Shown: piece after piece, positions 19,202 to 28,733 of the stretch
Position numbering within the stretch: position 1 is the first letter of the stretch
Layout of the letters: every line of letters starts with the position of its first letter
NCBI GenBank assembly: GCA_963669425.2
Contig: CAXXNC010000002.1
Span: 2,074,618 to 2,138,617 of the forward strand
DNA: 64,000 bases
Direction of reading: 5' to 3'
Origin: an uncultured Amphritea sp.
Lineage (GTDB): Bacteria; Pseudomonadota; Gammaproteobacteria; Pseudomonadales; Balneatricaceae
Notes under the pieces: generated by a model
Databases searched by the model: none
The model's input: only the letters and a program-made list of their open reading frames with translations
What the model was told of the DNA's origin: nothing
Translations under genes and position numbers: made by a program

Positions 19202-22200
19202 TCAGGCAGGTAGCAGATCCTCTGCATCCTCAGTGGAAACGCCATTCTCATCTTCGGTCTCTTTCATCAGACGATAAGGGTTATCCGAGTTCAGTAGCGC
19301 TTTACCGTTTGGTGTCGGGAACTCCACATCGATATCCACGATACGGCCATCACGACAGACGTTGATGATGGTATCCATGGTGGTCGCCATCAGTGAGTAC
19401 TTATCGTCCGGTGCGGCGATCAGCGTCTGCAGACCCAGATCACTCATAAAGCCCAGTGAGGTTACAGTGTTCTCCGCATCCAGTTTGTTGAATGCTTCGT
19501 CGAATACCGACAGGCTGATACCGCCCTGAATCACACCATCAGTGGTATCACGCAGACGATAGGTAGCGCCCATTGCTGCCGCGATCGCTACGTAGAACGG
19601 TACCTGGTGCTCACCACCGGAACCGGTCTTGATACGCTGAGTCAGGGTAGTCTTGCGATTACCTTCCAGATCCTTCACCACCAGTTCGAAGTTGTAGAAG
19701 TTACGGTAATCCTGCAGCAGGCTGCTCTCACCTTCATCTTTCAGCACATCGTGGATCTTCGCCAGTGCATCCTGGTGCGGACGATTCTCGTCATACTGCA
19801 GATCGAACAGTGAACCGACATTGGCCTGATCCATCCGGGTGTATGCTTCCACCAGTTCCAGAATGTCTTTCAGTTCCGGGTTCGGCATCATTTCGAAGCT
19901 GTACATCTCGCGATGGAATGGACGGTTCTTCAGGTGTGCATTCAGCTCACGGATCAGCTCTTTGATCTTGTCGATCTGATCTTTCAGGTGCGCAACAAAG
20001 TCAGAACGGAATGAAGTTTCCGCTTCCAGACGGGCACGTTCCGCCTGCTGGGTGTAAGTCGCCAGCTCAGTTTCGCGCAGCTTGAGAATGGTATCTTCAA
20101 CGAATGCCGCCAGCTCTTCATGAGAGGAGCTCTCGTTCACCTTATCCAGATCCTGATGACTCAGACCAGAGCCATGGTGACGGGCTTTATACTGCGCCAC
20201 GCCATCACGGACAATGTTTTTCTTACGCTCTACCAGACCCAGTTCAGACTGAGCCTTCTTAGCAGATTCAAAGATGATGCGATCCAGATCACCGGAACAG
20301 GACTCATCCATATAGTCCCGCTTCTCCTGCGCTGACTGAGCATCGAAGTTGCTGTCTGCTTCGCACTTGGTACGTGCCGCAGCGTGTTCTTCCAATTCCT
20401 GATCCAGCACTTCCAGGGAAGCATTGTCTTTGATCAGGCTGGTACGGGTGGACTGCAGCTTATCCATCAGCTTCTTCTGATTATCCTGCGCCGCTTTCTG
20501 CGCTTCTACCAGATCGGTAATACGCTGCTGAACGCCGGTATCATCCTGATTACGCAGATCCACAATACCCTGACGGTAACCTTCCACTTCGGTCTGCAGC
20601 ATCTCCCGCTGATTGACCAGATCGAAGGTACGCTCAGTCACGCCGGTAAGCGCTGCGGTCATACGAATAAGGTTCTCTTTCAGATTATCCAGCGCTTCGT
20701 GATCTTTATTCAGGGCACTGAATTCCGCCATCATCTGATCAACCTGACGATCCTGCTGTTGCAGCTGATGCTGACGACGGCCACCGCCAGTGCCCATCAT
20801 CGGCGCTTCTTCACGGATCGAGGTGGTGGTACCTTCGGTCTGCAGCATGCAGTCGTAGGTCAGTGCCCGCTCCTGACGGATCAGCTCACTTTCAGTTTCC
20901 ACCGCCATCACACCGCCCAGAGCACGGTTCATATAACCCAGCGCATCATCGCTGCTGCAGTCGATAAACTGCGCCAGCGAGCCTGGCTTGCTGCGGTTAA
21001 TCCATTCATGGGTCTTCGTCGTGTTGACGATCCGGCAACCTTTCAGATGACGGCCTTTACGACGGTACAGGGTAATCGCTTCTTTAACACGATCCTGATC
21101 AACGATCAGCGCCTCACGACGGGCCCCCAGGAAACTCTCAATGGCGATACGCCACTTGTCATCGTTGATATCCACCAGCTCACAGATCGGCGTGGATTCG
21201 ATGCCATAGTCACGCAGCAGCTGCATCAACTCACGGGTATTACGGCGCAGCGGCGCGCGACCCTCTTTCAGTTGTTCAACCGCGCTTTTCTGGTTCTGAA
21301 TCTCGGTGCGTAGTTCGTTCATACGAATCACTGACGCTTCAAAGCGACGGGCGATCTCACGACGAACCTCATCGACAGAACCTTTCAGGCGATCCAGATT
21401 GTTATCCACATCCACCGGCGCCATCGGCCAGGCTTCCGCCATCATATCTTCACCGGAGCGCCACAGCTCGACGGAATCTTTCACTACCGGGATGAAGTTC
21501 TCCGGCAGATACTGCTGATAGTTGGCAAAGCTGACTGCCGAACGCAACAGAGTGTAGACGTGCTGAATCTTCTCTTTCACCACGTTCAGCTCATGCTGCT
21601 TGGCATCGATGGAGTTCTCCAGCGCTTTCACTTTGTGAGCGCTGTCGGTGTTATTCAGTTCGGCACGGGCTTCAGCCAGATCCTGCATCACCTGGTTAAG
21701 GTTATCGCTACTGTTCTCCAGTGCCTGCTGAAGCTCGGTTTCTTTATCCTGGTTTTTCTCCAGTCGCTCTTCCGCTTCCTCTTTTTTCAGGTCTGCCTGC
21801 TCGAAACGGGTCTCATGCACCACCCACTCGTATTCAACCGAGTTCTTGACGTTGCGGTCGATCCCTTTGCATTGCTCCTGAACCTTTTCCAGTTCCTCAA
21901 TGCGGTTAGCAACTTCACGGGTTTTCTGCTCCATCGCCCGGTATTCATCCAGGGATTTACGGAACGCACCGACATGGACAATGTTCTCATCCAGCACGAA
22001 TTCACGGATAAAGCGAGTCGGGCTGTTGATCGGTACAAACTTCAGTGCGTTTTTGAAGTTTTTGACGAATTTCTCGTCATCATTCGGCATCTGTGGATCA
22101 AAGCTAAGCTCTGTGACCAATTCACGGATGTAACGGCCAGCACGCTTCTCCAACTTCATATCCGGGCACTGCTTAAGCAGATTCTCTCGTACTTCCGGCC

Positions 22201-22657
22201 AGGCTTTCGGGATACGACCGCCATCCTGCTTATCGGTAAAGTCTTCCAGGCTTACGGAAAAATCCGGCAGGATAAACCGACCCAGTACTTCCTCCTCTGG
22301 AGAGGACAGGGATGCACTGATCGATACGCCGACACAGCTCTCTTTGCCGGTTTCAGTGTCATAGAAGCTCAACGCCACATAGGTCACAGAATCCTGACGG
22401 GCGTTATCTTTGCTGCCACCGTCATCCATAAAACCCAGACAGTATGTGCGCAGGCTACGCTCACTCTTATCACCGGCACTGGCGTTAAAACTGAGATTCT
22501 TTTTGTTGCCGCCCATCAGGACGGTCTGAATCGCATCCAGCAGGGAGGATTTACCGGAACCGTTCGGGCCGACAATCGCCACATTGCCCTTGATTGGAAT
22601 TTCTACCGCGCCCAGAACATACCAGTTCACCAGCACCATACGATTAAGCTGTTTCAT
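19202..22657 (-). CDS. jetC: SMC-like ATPase, JetC/MksB family
   Basis: 1151 aa; Walker A GPNGSGKS, long coiled coils, GSGGE signature, VFDEAF Walker B and KLD D-loop. Confidence 0.88.
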   Translation of the reverse strand: MKQLNRMVLVNWYVLGAVEIPIKGNVAIVGPNGSGKSSLLDAIQTVLMGGNKKNLSFNASAGDKSERSLRTYCLGFMDDGGSKDNARQDSVTYVALSFYDTETGKESCVGVSISASLSSPEEEVLGRFILPDFSVSLEDFTDKQDGGRIPKAWPEVRENLLKQCPDMKLEKRAGRYIRELVTELSFDPQMPNDDEKFVKNFKNALKFVPINSPTRFIREFVLDENIVHVGAFRKSLDEYRAMEQKTREVANRIEELEKVQEQCKGIDRNVKNSVEYEWVVHETRFEQADLKKEEAEERLEKNQDKETELQQALENSSDNLNQVMQDLAEARAELNNTDSAHKVKALENSIDAKQHELNVVKEKIQHVYTLLRSAVSFANYQQYLPENFIPVVKDSVELWRSGEDMMAEAWPMAPVDVDNNLDRLKGSVDEVRREIARRFEASVIRMNELRTEIQNQKSAVEQLKEGRAPLRRNTRELMQLLRDYGIESTPICELVDINDDKWRIAIESFLGARREALIVDQDRVKEAITLYRRKGRHLKGCRIVNTTKTHEWINRSKPGSLAQFIDCSSDDALGYMNRALGGVMAVETESELIRQERALTYDCMLQTEGTTTSIREEAPMMGTGGGRRQHQLQQQDRQVDQMMAEFSALNKDHEALDNLKENLIRMTAALTGVTERTFDLVNQREMLQTEVEGYRQGIVDLRNQDDTGVQQRITDLVEAQKAAQDNQKKLMDKLQSTRTSLIKDNASLEVLDQELEEHAAARTKCEADSNFDAQSAQEKRDYMDESCSGDLDRIIFESAKKAQSELGLVERKKNIVRDGVAQYKARHHGSGLSHQDLDKVNESSSHEELAAFVEDTILKLRETELATYTQQAERARLEAETSFRSDFVAHLKDQIDKIKELIRELNAHLKNRPFHREMYSFEMMPNPELKDILELVEAYTRMDQANVGSLFDLQYDENRPHQDALAKIHDVLKDEGESSLLQDYRNFYNFELVVKDLEGNRKTTLTQRIKTGSGGEHQVPFYVAIAAAMGATYRLRDTTDGVIQGGISLSVFDEAFNKLDAENTVTSLGFMSDLGLQTLIAAPDDKYSLMATTMDTIINVCRDGRIVDIDVEFPTPNGKALLNSDNPYRLMKETEDENGVSTEDAEDLLPA

Positions 22658-23397
22658 CAGTGGGTTTCCTCAGTGCTGGCGGTTTCAGATGCAATTTCCG
22701 GTTCGGTCTGATCGGTTTCGTCAGACTCAGTAGCGTCAGATGAAGGCACCTCTTCAGCCTCCTCTTCCTCTTCCACCACAACCTTGGCAGGTTCTTCCTG
22801 CGGATCATCCTCTTCACGCTCTTCACACAGCGCTTCCAGCTGACCGATAAAGTCCTCAACCACCACCTGACGGATGGTTGGATTAATGGTCAGAGGAATG
22901 TTCTTCGGATCAGTCTCGTGGGGCTTACCACGCTCGATCACACCGTGCCGGGAAAACAGCGCCAGAATCTCTTTCAGACGGGTCTCGTTCGGAATTTCCC
23001 GGCCGGTCAGGTTTTCATAGAGCGTCAGCAGCTCATCGGAGGTGATATAAGCACGACCCGCTTCTACTTCGAACGACTCAAGCTTCTGCTCATATTGCTG
23101 ACGCAGGCAGAGCAGGAACAGTGACTCATCCAGTTTAAGGCGCATAAAGCGCTCTTCGCCTTTCGGCAGGATACCCAGATAGGCCTCATCCGGCTGGTAA
23201 ATCAACGACCAGCCGATCGCCGCAAACAGGTTGGTGAAGTAGTCCACGTGAGATGCCACCAGAAAGTAGCTGTCACGGTGGCCGGAACGTTCAGAATAGA
23301 GGAACTGGTGCACCAGCAACATATTGGCGGCGTGAACAAAGTCCTCCTCCTGGTACTGATCACTCCGGCTGATAATTTTCTGCAAATCGCCCAGCAT
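22657..23397 (-). CDS. jetB: JetB/MksE-like kite subunit (DUF4194-like) with acidic tail
   Basis: Winged-helix-like pattern ([26 protein letters not shown]). ATG 23397 overlaps the jetA stop (TAATG) and its stop overlaps the jetC start (TGATG). Confidence 0.78.
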   Translation of the reverse strand: MLGDLQKIISRSDQYQEEDFVHAANMLLVHQFLYSERSGHRDSYFLVASHVDYFTNLFAAIGWSLIYQPDEAYLGILPKGEERFMRLKLDESLFLLCLRQQYEQKLESFEVEAGRAYITSDELLTLYENLTGREIPNETRLKEILALFSRHGVIERGKPHETDPKNIPLTINPTIRQVVVEDFIGQLEALCEEREEDDPQEEPAKVVVEEEEEAEEVPSSDATESDETDQTEPEIASETASTEETH

Positions 23398-24803
23398 TAT
23401 GCTTTCCTCTGGATACTGAAGTCGCGACATTCAACCATGTCGGCGACGTTGACATATTGATCTTCAAACGTAATTTCGTACTTACTGGCCGTGCCCCGGC
23501 CCTTCTTGCCCAGTGAGCGCATATGACGCAGGTAACTGAAGCAGATGTAATCTTCGATGCACTCAATGGTGAAGTCCCGGGCGCAGATCTTGTCCTTATC
23601 TAACAGATGACGCTCGACATAGAGCTCAATCTTCTCCGGTTTCACCTCACGGCGGGCTTTATACTCTTTAAACAGCTGACGCAGTTCGAGTACCCGCGGA
23701 TCGATCTCCTGCTGACGGATCACCCGAGGCTTGGTCTCAACCCGACGACGTACCGGTGCACGGACACTGCCCGGTGCAATAAAGGCCACTGAATCCAGCG
23801 TATCGATATGCGGAATCGAGCGACTATCGAGTTTCGATACATCCGAAATAACCCGCGACAGTCGTGCGCTCATACCTGGTGTGGTTTTATCCATGTAACG
23901 AACGGTATCTGCTACACGTTTTTCCAGGCGATAACGGAAATCATCGATGGTCGCCAGACGCTGATCCACCGAATCGAAGATACGGATAATCCGGTTGATA
24001 TGCTGATGCACCATCCCTTCAGCATCGGCGTAGCTGACTTCGAACTGCTCCTGATAGTGCTTGGACAGCTGCTCCAGTTTCAGCGGATCAAACTGCAGAT
24101 CGCGCAGCATCGACAATATCTGACGGCGGAACCGGAACGGGTTATTTTTGGTCTTCAGCGTCTTATAGTCAGACACCAGAATATGAGCAACGAAGCGATC
24201 AAAGAAGCTGCGGACAATCTCCTGTGGATTGTTGGTCGCAGCCAGACTGATCTTCAGCTCACGCAGGCCCAGCATCATATCGGTCAGATGGGCACTGAAA
24301 TCCGCTGCGGTCTGAGCCGCTTCCTGCAGGGTGATACCCCGGCCAGCCGGATCTTTAACAGCGGCTTCCAGGGAGCTCAGTACGTTAAGTACCGCGCCAC
24401 CGTAGCTGCGTTTTTCCAATTCATTGATTGATACCAGCGTACGCAACAAGTAGCTGATGGCCGGCGACAGCAGCACAAAGGTACGGTAAATCCGCTGTTC
24501 CTCTTCGAGCCAGCCTGTGGCGACCAGTCGACGGTAGATACGACTGGTATATTCTGCGGTGGAACGGGGCAGTTCCTGCCCTTCTGCTTCTTCATCGCCC
24601 TCTTCCGGTTCCCAGCGGCGTACACCCAACCGCACGACCGTATCTTCTATAGAAGAACGGATCAGGTCTTTTGGAACAAATGGATCAACCAGATCTTCAT
24701 CGAAGAACTGATTTGAAAGATCCAGCAGAACGGCCTCGTATATATGACGGTTCTGGCCGGAAAAAGGGATAAAAATATCTTCAGGAAGCTTATTAAAAAG
24801 CAT
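23397..24803 (-). CDS. jetA: JetA/MksF-like kleisin (resembles the DUF5716 type)
   Basis: 468 aa, MLF.KLPE..F.PFSG.NR.IY N-terminus; first gene of the coupled three-gene operon that ends in the SMC gene. Confidence 0.72.
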   Translation of the reverse strand: MLFNKLPEDIFIPFSGQNRHIYEAVLLDLSNQFFDEDLVDPFVPKDLIRSSIEDTVVRLGVRRWEPEEGDEEAEGQELPRSTAEYTSRIYRRLVATGWLEEEQRIYRTFVLLSPAISYLLRTLVSINELEKRSYGGAVLNVLSSLEAAVKDPAGRGITLQEAAQTAADFSAHLTDMMLGLRELKISLAATNNPQEIVRSFFDRFVAHILVSDYKTLKTKNNPFRFRRQILSMLRDLQFDPLKLEQLSKHYQEQFEVSYADAEGMVHQHINRIIRIFDSVDQRLATIDDFRYRLEKRVADTVRYMDKTTPGMSARLSRVISDVSKLDSRSIPHIDTLDSVAFIAPGSVRAPVRRRVETKPRVIRQQEIDPRVLELRQLFKEYKARREVKPEKIELYVERHLLDKDKICARDFTIECIEDYICFSYLRHMRSLGKKGRGTASKYEITFEDQYVNVADMVECRDFSIQRKA

Positions 24804-25165
24804 CTGTTATCTGCTCTCCGGGAGCACTGTTTCCAGCGCAAAAAGAATGATGAACTGGGGATGATAACGGAAATAACCACACTGACCAAGTCGGAAAATT
24901 TCATCCACACAAAGCGTTTAAGACAGCAACCGGAATTGATCTGAAAAGCCCTGTGATATCCATACCTGTCAACCTGTTTATGTACCTTTTTGTTAACCAT
25001 GAATCATCGGCATAACCAACATTTAACTTATAAGCTGGTGATATTCCGGGACTAATAGACTGATTATTACTCGCCATCGGCCCGAGTTAAGCGCCAACGT
25101 TCCAAGCCTTTGATTGAACAGGATTTAACCACTTTAAAAAACAATGATTTTTTTCTCTTTTCTGC

Positions 25166-25194
25166 TTGACGCCTCTGGGAGTGATCATTAATAT
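25166..25194 (+). promoter_or_regulatory. Sigma70 stable-RNA promoter of the tRNA cluster
   Basis: TTGACG-17 nt-TAATAT followed by the GC-rich discriminator ACGCCGCC. Confidence 0.85.
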
Positions 25195-25215
25195 ACGCCG
25201 CCACGGTTGAGGTGT

Positions 25216-25291
25216 TCCTCGATAGCTCAGTTGGTAGAGCAGTAGACTGTTAATCTATTGGTCGCTGGTTCGAGTCCAGCTCGAGGAGCCA
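25216..25291 (+). tRNA. tRNA-Asn(GTT)
   Basis: 76-nt cloverleaf, anticodon loop CT-GTT-AA, TTCGA T-loop, CCA end. Confidence 0.96.
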
Positions 25292-25319
25292 ACATCAGAA
25301 ACCGTGAATTTGGATATAT

Positions 25320-25395
25320 TCCTCGATAGCTCAGTTGGTAGAGCAGTAGACTGTTAATCTATTGGTCGCTGGTTCGAGTCCAGCTCGAGGAGCCA
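25320..25395 (+). tRNA. tRNA-Asn(GTT)
   Basis: Identical copy of 25216-25291. Confidence 0.96.
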
Positions 25396-25406
25396 TCCAC
25401 TCAGGA

Positions 25407-25483
<77 letters not shown>

Positions 25484-25564
25484 CTTTCTCTGACTATAGA
25501 GAATAAACAGTGGTAAAATTCTGAGACACGCATGAACAACTCGTGTATAAATACTGTTCTTCGT

Positions 25565-25641
25565 CGGGGCATAGCGCAGCCTGGTAGCGCATCTGCTTTG
25601 GGAGCAGAGGGTCGTAGGTTCGAATCCTGCTGCCCCGACCA
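25565..25641 (+). tRNA. tRNA-Pro(TGG)
   Basis: Same body with anticodon arm TCTGC-TTTGGGA-GCAGA. Confidence 0.96.
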
Positions 25642-25661
25642 CTTAAAAGTCGTAAGAAATT

Positions 25662-25723
25662 GCGCATCTGCTTTGGGAACAATTCAGATAGGGTCATAGG
25701 CTAAAAACCTGCTGCCCGACCAC
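25662..25723 (+). pseudogene. Decayed tRNA-Pro fragment
   Basis: GCGCATCTGCTTTGGGA...GGGTCATAGGCTAAAAACCTGCTGCCCGACCA: no 5' acceptor strand, broken anticodon stem and T-loop. Confidence 0.75.
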
Positions 25724-25781
25724 TTTCTTAAGTGAAAAAAGACACATACCATCCAATGTGTATAAACATAAGGATTTTAGT

Positions 25782-25858
25782 CGGGGCATAGCGCAGCCTG
25801 GTAGCGCATCTGCTTTGGGAGCAGAGGGTCGTAGGTTCGAATCCTGCTGCCCCGACCA
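25782..25858 (+). tRNA. tRNA-Pro(TGG)
   Basis: Identical to 25565-25641. Confidence 0.96.
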
Positions 25859-26095
25859 CTTCTCATCAAGTGAAAAGCATTCCGTTAGTAAATCTGTCAA
25901 TTCATTAGCACTACTAACACCGCCGAACGATCCGAATCCCCCTTTGACAATTATTATTTGCTCTAAGCAAGTAAATAGCGTTTTTTCAGCACTCCCCTTT
26001 GCTGATCCTAACGAAGAAATTCGTTATCGACCGGGGCCTCTACATCGCCTGTTCCATCCTATATACAGCAGCCCCGGATTTTTTCTCCAGAAGTA

Positions 26096-26705
26096 AAAAT
26101 CCACCTTCTAAAGAAGGTGGCTTTGATGAAGCCCCCTCGAAGGGGGCTGACTTCTATAGCAGGTTCAGTTGGCTTCGTTCCATCTCTTTTTCAACCTTTT
26201 CCTGATGTCTTACATAACGCCTGATTATTTCCTCATTGATTCCAACCGAATCAACAAAATACCCCCTCCACCAAAAGTGATTTCCCCACAACTTGTTCTT
26301 TCTCAAATAGGGATATTTACTGAATAGCTTCAGAGCTATCTTGCCCTTGAGTGCACCAATCAGCTTAGATATTGCCAACTTAGGCGGTATCTTTACCACC
26401 AGATGCACATGATCTATTTGGACATTCAGTTCTAAAACTGTACAGCCTAGCTGCGCACAATATACATGGATACTTCGGTAAACATCCCTACCCACCTTAT
26501 TCTTCAGTATCCGAAATCGATATTTCGGCGTCCAGACTATGTGATATTGACAGCGCCAGTAGACATGCGATGCTTGCTCATACTTACTCATGTTAGTTTC
26601 CTCACGACTTCGCTAAAAATCGCTGCGGCTTCTAACATGGGTAGGTATTCGGGCAAAGCCCAAATTGCTGATAACCACCTACTGAAGTAGGTGGTTTAGG
26701 GCTGA
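26096..26705 (-). mobile_element. IS200/IS605 family element (tnpA only, IS200-like); ends approximate
   Basis: Subterminal hairpins AACCACCTACTGAAGTAGGTGGTT (26673-26696), CCACCTTCTAAAGAAGGTGG (26101-26120) and AGCCCCCTCGAAGGGGGCT (26130-26148) flank tnpA; AT-richer than its neighbours. Confidence 0.85.
26154..26591 (-). CDS. tnpA: IS200-type Y1 (HUH) transposase
   Basis: YHIVWTPKYR, DHVHL (HUH), LWGNHFW.RGYFVDSVG and IRRYV..Q (catalytic Tyr). Confidence 0.95.
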   Translation of the reverse strand: MSKYEQASHVYWRCQYHIVWTPKYRFRILKNKVGRDVYRSIHVYCAQLGCTVLELNVQIDHVHLVVKIPPKLAISKLIGALKGKIALKLFSKYPYLRKNKLWGNHFWWRGYFVDSVGINEEIIRRYVRHQEKVEKEMERSQLNLL

Positions 26706-26709
26706 AAAC

Positions 26710-26739
26710 AAAAAAAGCGCTGCAAGAGCAGCGCTTTTT
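26710..26739 (-). terminator. Intrinsic terminator of the aminopeptidase gene
   Basis: AAAAAAAGCGCTGC-AAGA-GCAGCGCTTTTT. Confidence 0.8.
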
Positions 26740-26750
26740 ATGGGTTCAAA

Positions 26751-28046
26751 TCAAACTTGCGTCTGACGGTAGAAACGACTCAACACCTTTGACAGATTAA
26801 CAGCATCATCGCTACCTGCCAGCTCGCGAATAGAATGCATACCCAACTGTGGCACACCGATATCCAGCGTTTTTACCCCAATCTCCGCCGCAGTAATCGG
26901 ACCGATAGTACTGCCACACCCCATATCACTACGCACCACAAAGGTCTGCAACTCAACCTCTTCCTGAGCAGCGATATGCCGGAATAATGATGCCGTCTCG
27001 CTATTCGTTGCATAACGCTGATTTGCATTCACCTTGATCACAGCTCCTTCGTTCATTTTCGGACCATGATTACCATCGTGCTTATCAGCAAAATTCGGAT
27101 GTACCGCATGCGCATTATCAGCCGATACCATCATGGATTTTGCGATCATCCGATGGCGCGCCTCAGGCTCTGGCACCAGACGCTCCAGCAAGTGCTTGAG
27201 CATTGGTCCCTGAGCACCGGCTGCGCTCATACTGCCAACCTCTTCATGATCATTACAAACCAGAAGCGCACCTTCTGAACTGTCAGAATCAATCAACGCC
27301 TGCATACCGATAAAACAGCTCAACAAATTATCCAAACGGGCGGAAGCAAAGAACTCATCATTCAGACCAATATAAGCCGGCTTCTGCAAGTCATAAAAGC
27401 TGATTTCATAGTCCAGAATCTTCTCTGCATCATCGATATCCTGCTTCAGCAACTGAGCCTTAAGCAGCTCACGGAAATCCGGTTTATCATCACCGGAAAC
27501 CTGAGCCAGAATAGGCGGCAGATCAGTCTGAGGATTAACCGTACGGTCTTTATTTGCTTCCTTATCAAGATGGATAGCCAGACTCGGAATAACCGCAACC
27601 GCTTTTTCAAAATTAACCAGACCGCTCTTTACAGTACCGTCAGCGGCAACGTAGTTAACCCGGCCCGCCATAGAAAGATCCCGATCAAACCAGGGATTCA
27701 GCAGCACACCACCGTAAGTTTCCACCCCAAGACGCAAACACCCCTGACGTACTGTTTCCGGTGTTGGCTTGACCTTCAGACAAGGACTGTCCGTGTGCGC
27801 TCCAACCATCCGCATTCCGGAGTCTGTAAGCTCACGATTAAGTGGCATATTCCAGGCGATGATGGACGACTCATTACGAACAATAAAATAGCGACCACCA
27901 GGCCTTACCTGCCAGTTCTGCGCTTCATATAACTCGATATAACCGGCTTCCTGTAACCGGGTGCGCATCTCGTACACAGCATGAAATGGCGTAGGCGACG
28001 CCGCCAGGAACTCAAACAACTGCTGATTAAATTCTTCTTTTAACAT
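26751..28046 (-). CDS. M18 family (aspartyl) aminopeptidase
   Basis: [37 protein letters not shown] and MHSIRE motifs; likely start MLKEEF at 28046. Confidence 0.93.
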   Translation of the reverse strand: MLKEEFNQQLFEFLAASPTPFHAVYEMRTRLQEAGYIELYEAQNWQVRPGGRYFIVRNESSIIAWNMPLNRELTDSGMRMVGAHTDSPCLKVKPTPETVRQGCLRLGVETYGGVLLNPWFDRDLSMAGRVNYVAADGTVKSGLVNFEKAVAVIPSLAIHLDKEANKDRTVNPQTDLPPILAQVSGDDKPDFRELLKAQLLKQDIDDAEKILDYEISFYDLQKPAYIGLNDEFFASARLDNLLSCFIGMQALIDSDSSEGALLVCNDHEEVGSMSAAGAQGPMLKHLLERLVPEPEARHRMIAKSMMVSADNAHAVHPNFADKHDGNHGPKMNEGAVIKVNANQRYATNSETASLFRHIAAQEEVELQTFVVRSDMGCGSTIGPITAAEIGVKTLDIGVPQLGMHSIRELAGSDDAVNLSKVLSRFYRQTQV

Positions 28047-28053
28047 AGGGTAT

Positions 28054-28578
28054 TCAGCCTTCTTTCTCTGGCACAACTTCAATTAACTCAATCTCAAACA
28101 CCAGCGCGGAGTTCGCCGGTATAGCTACAGTGGGACTCTTCGCACCATAAGCAAGCTCTGATGGCAAATAAATCTTCCAGACATCCCCTTCGGACATCAT
28201 CATCAGAGCTTCACGCCAACCTTTTACAACCCCGTTAACCGGAAATATCGGTTTTTCCATCTGCTCACGGGAACTCTCAAACTGATCCCCGGAAACCAGC
28301 CAGCCAGTATAATCAACTTTAACACTATCGAGCAGCTCAGGCGTTTTACCCTCGCCCTTACGAATAACCTCATACTGCAAGCCAGTCCCGGTAACCTTAA
28401 CACCATCCCGCTGTCTATTTTCAGCAAGATAGGCCTCACCGGCCTGCTTCACTTCATCATTCAGCGCTTTATCCAACAACTGCTGACGAAACTGCTTTTC
28501 CTCTTCAGATTCACCACAACCGCTGCCCATGACAGTAAACAGCGACAAACACACAACACCCAGCCACTTAGCTTTCAC
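28054..28578 (-). CDS. FKBP-type peptidyl-prolyl isomerase (probable lipoprotein)
   Basis: [25 protein letters not shown] and [13 protein letters not shown]. Confidence 0.9.
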   Translation of the reverse strand: MKAKWLGVVCLSLFTVMGSGCGESEEEKQFRQQLLDKALNDEVKQAGEAYLAENRQRDGVKVTGTGLQYEVIRKGEGKTPELLDSVKVDYTGWLVSGDQFESSREQMEKPIFPVNGVVKGWREALMMMSEGDVWKIYLPSELAYGAKSPTVAIPANSALVFEIELIEVVPEKEG

Positions 28579-28733
28579 TTATATTTCACCTTTACCACTA
28601 TAATCATCGGGGTAAGCTATTGATTTTACATCAGCAGTACAGCCGACTACACTCAGGAAATCTGAGTTAGGGAACCGAGCTGGCTGATTATCTGTCTCAG
28701 AATATACGTTGTAGCAAAACAGGAACAAACGGC

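Noticed and set aside
24944-24972. TTGACA on the minus strand upstream of jetA as a promoter
   Set aside because: No acceptable -10 hexamer at 16-18 nt spacing.
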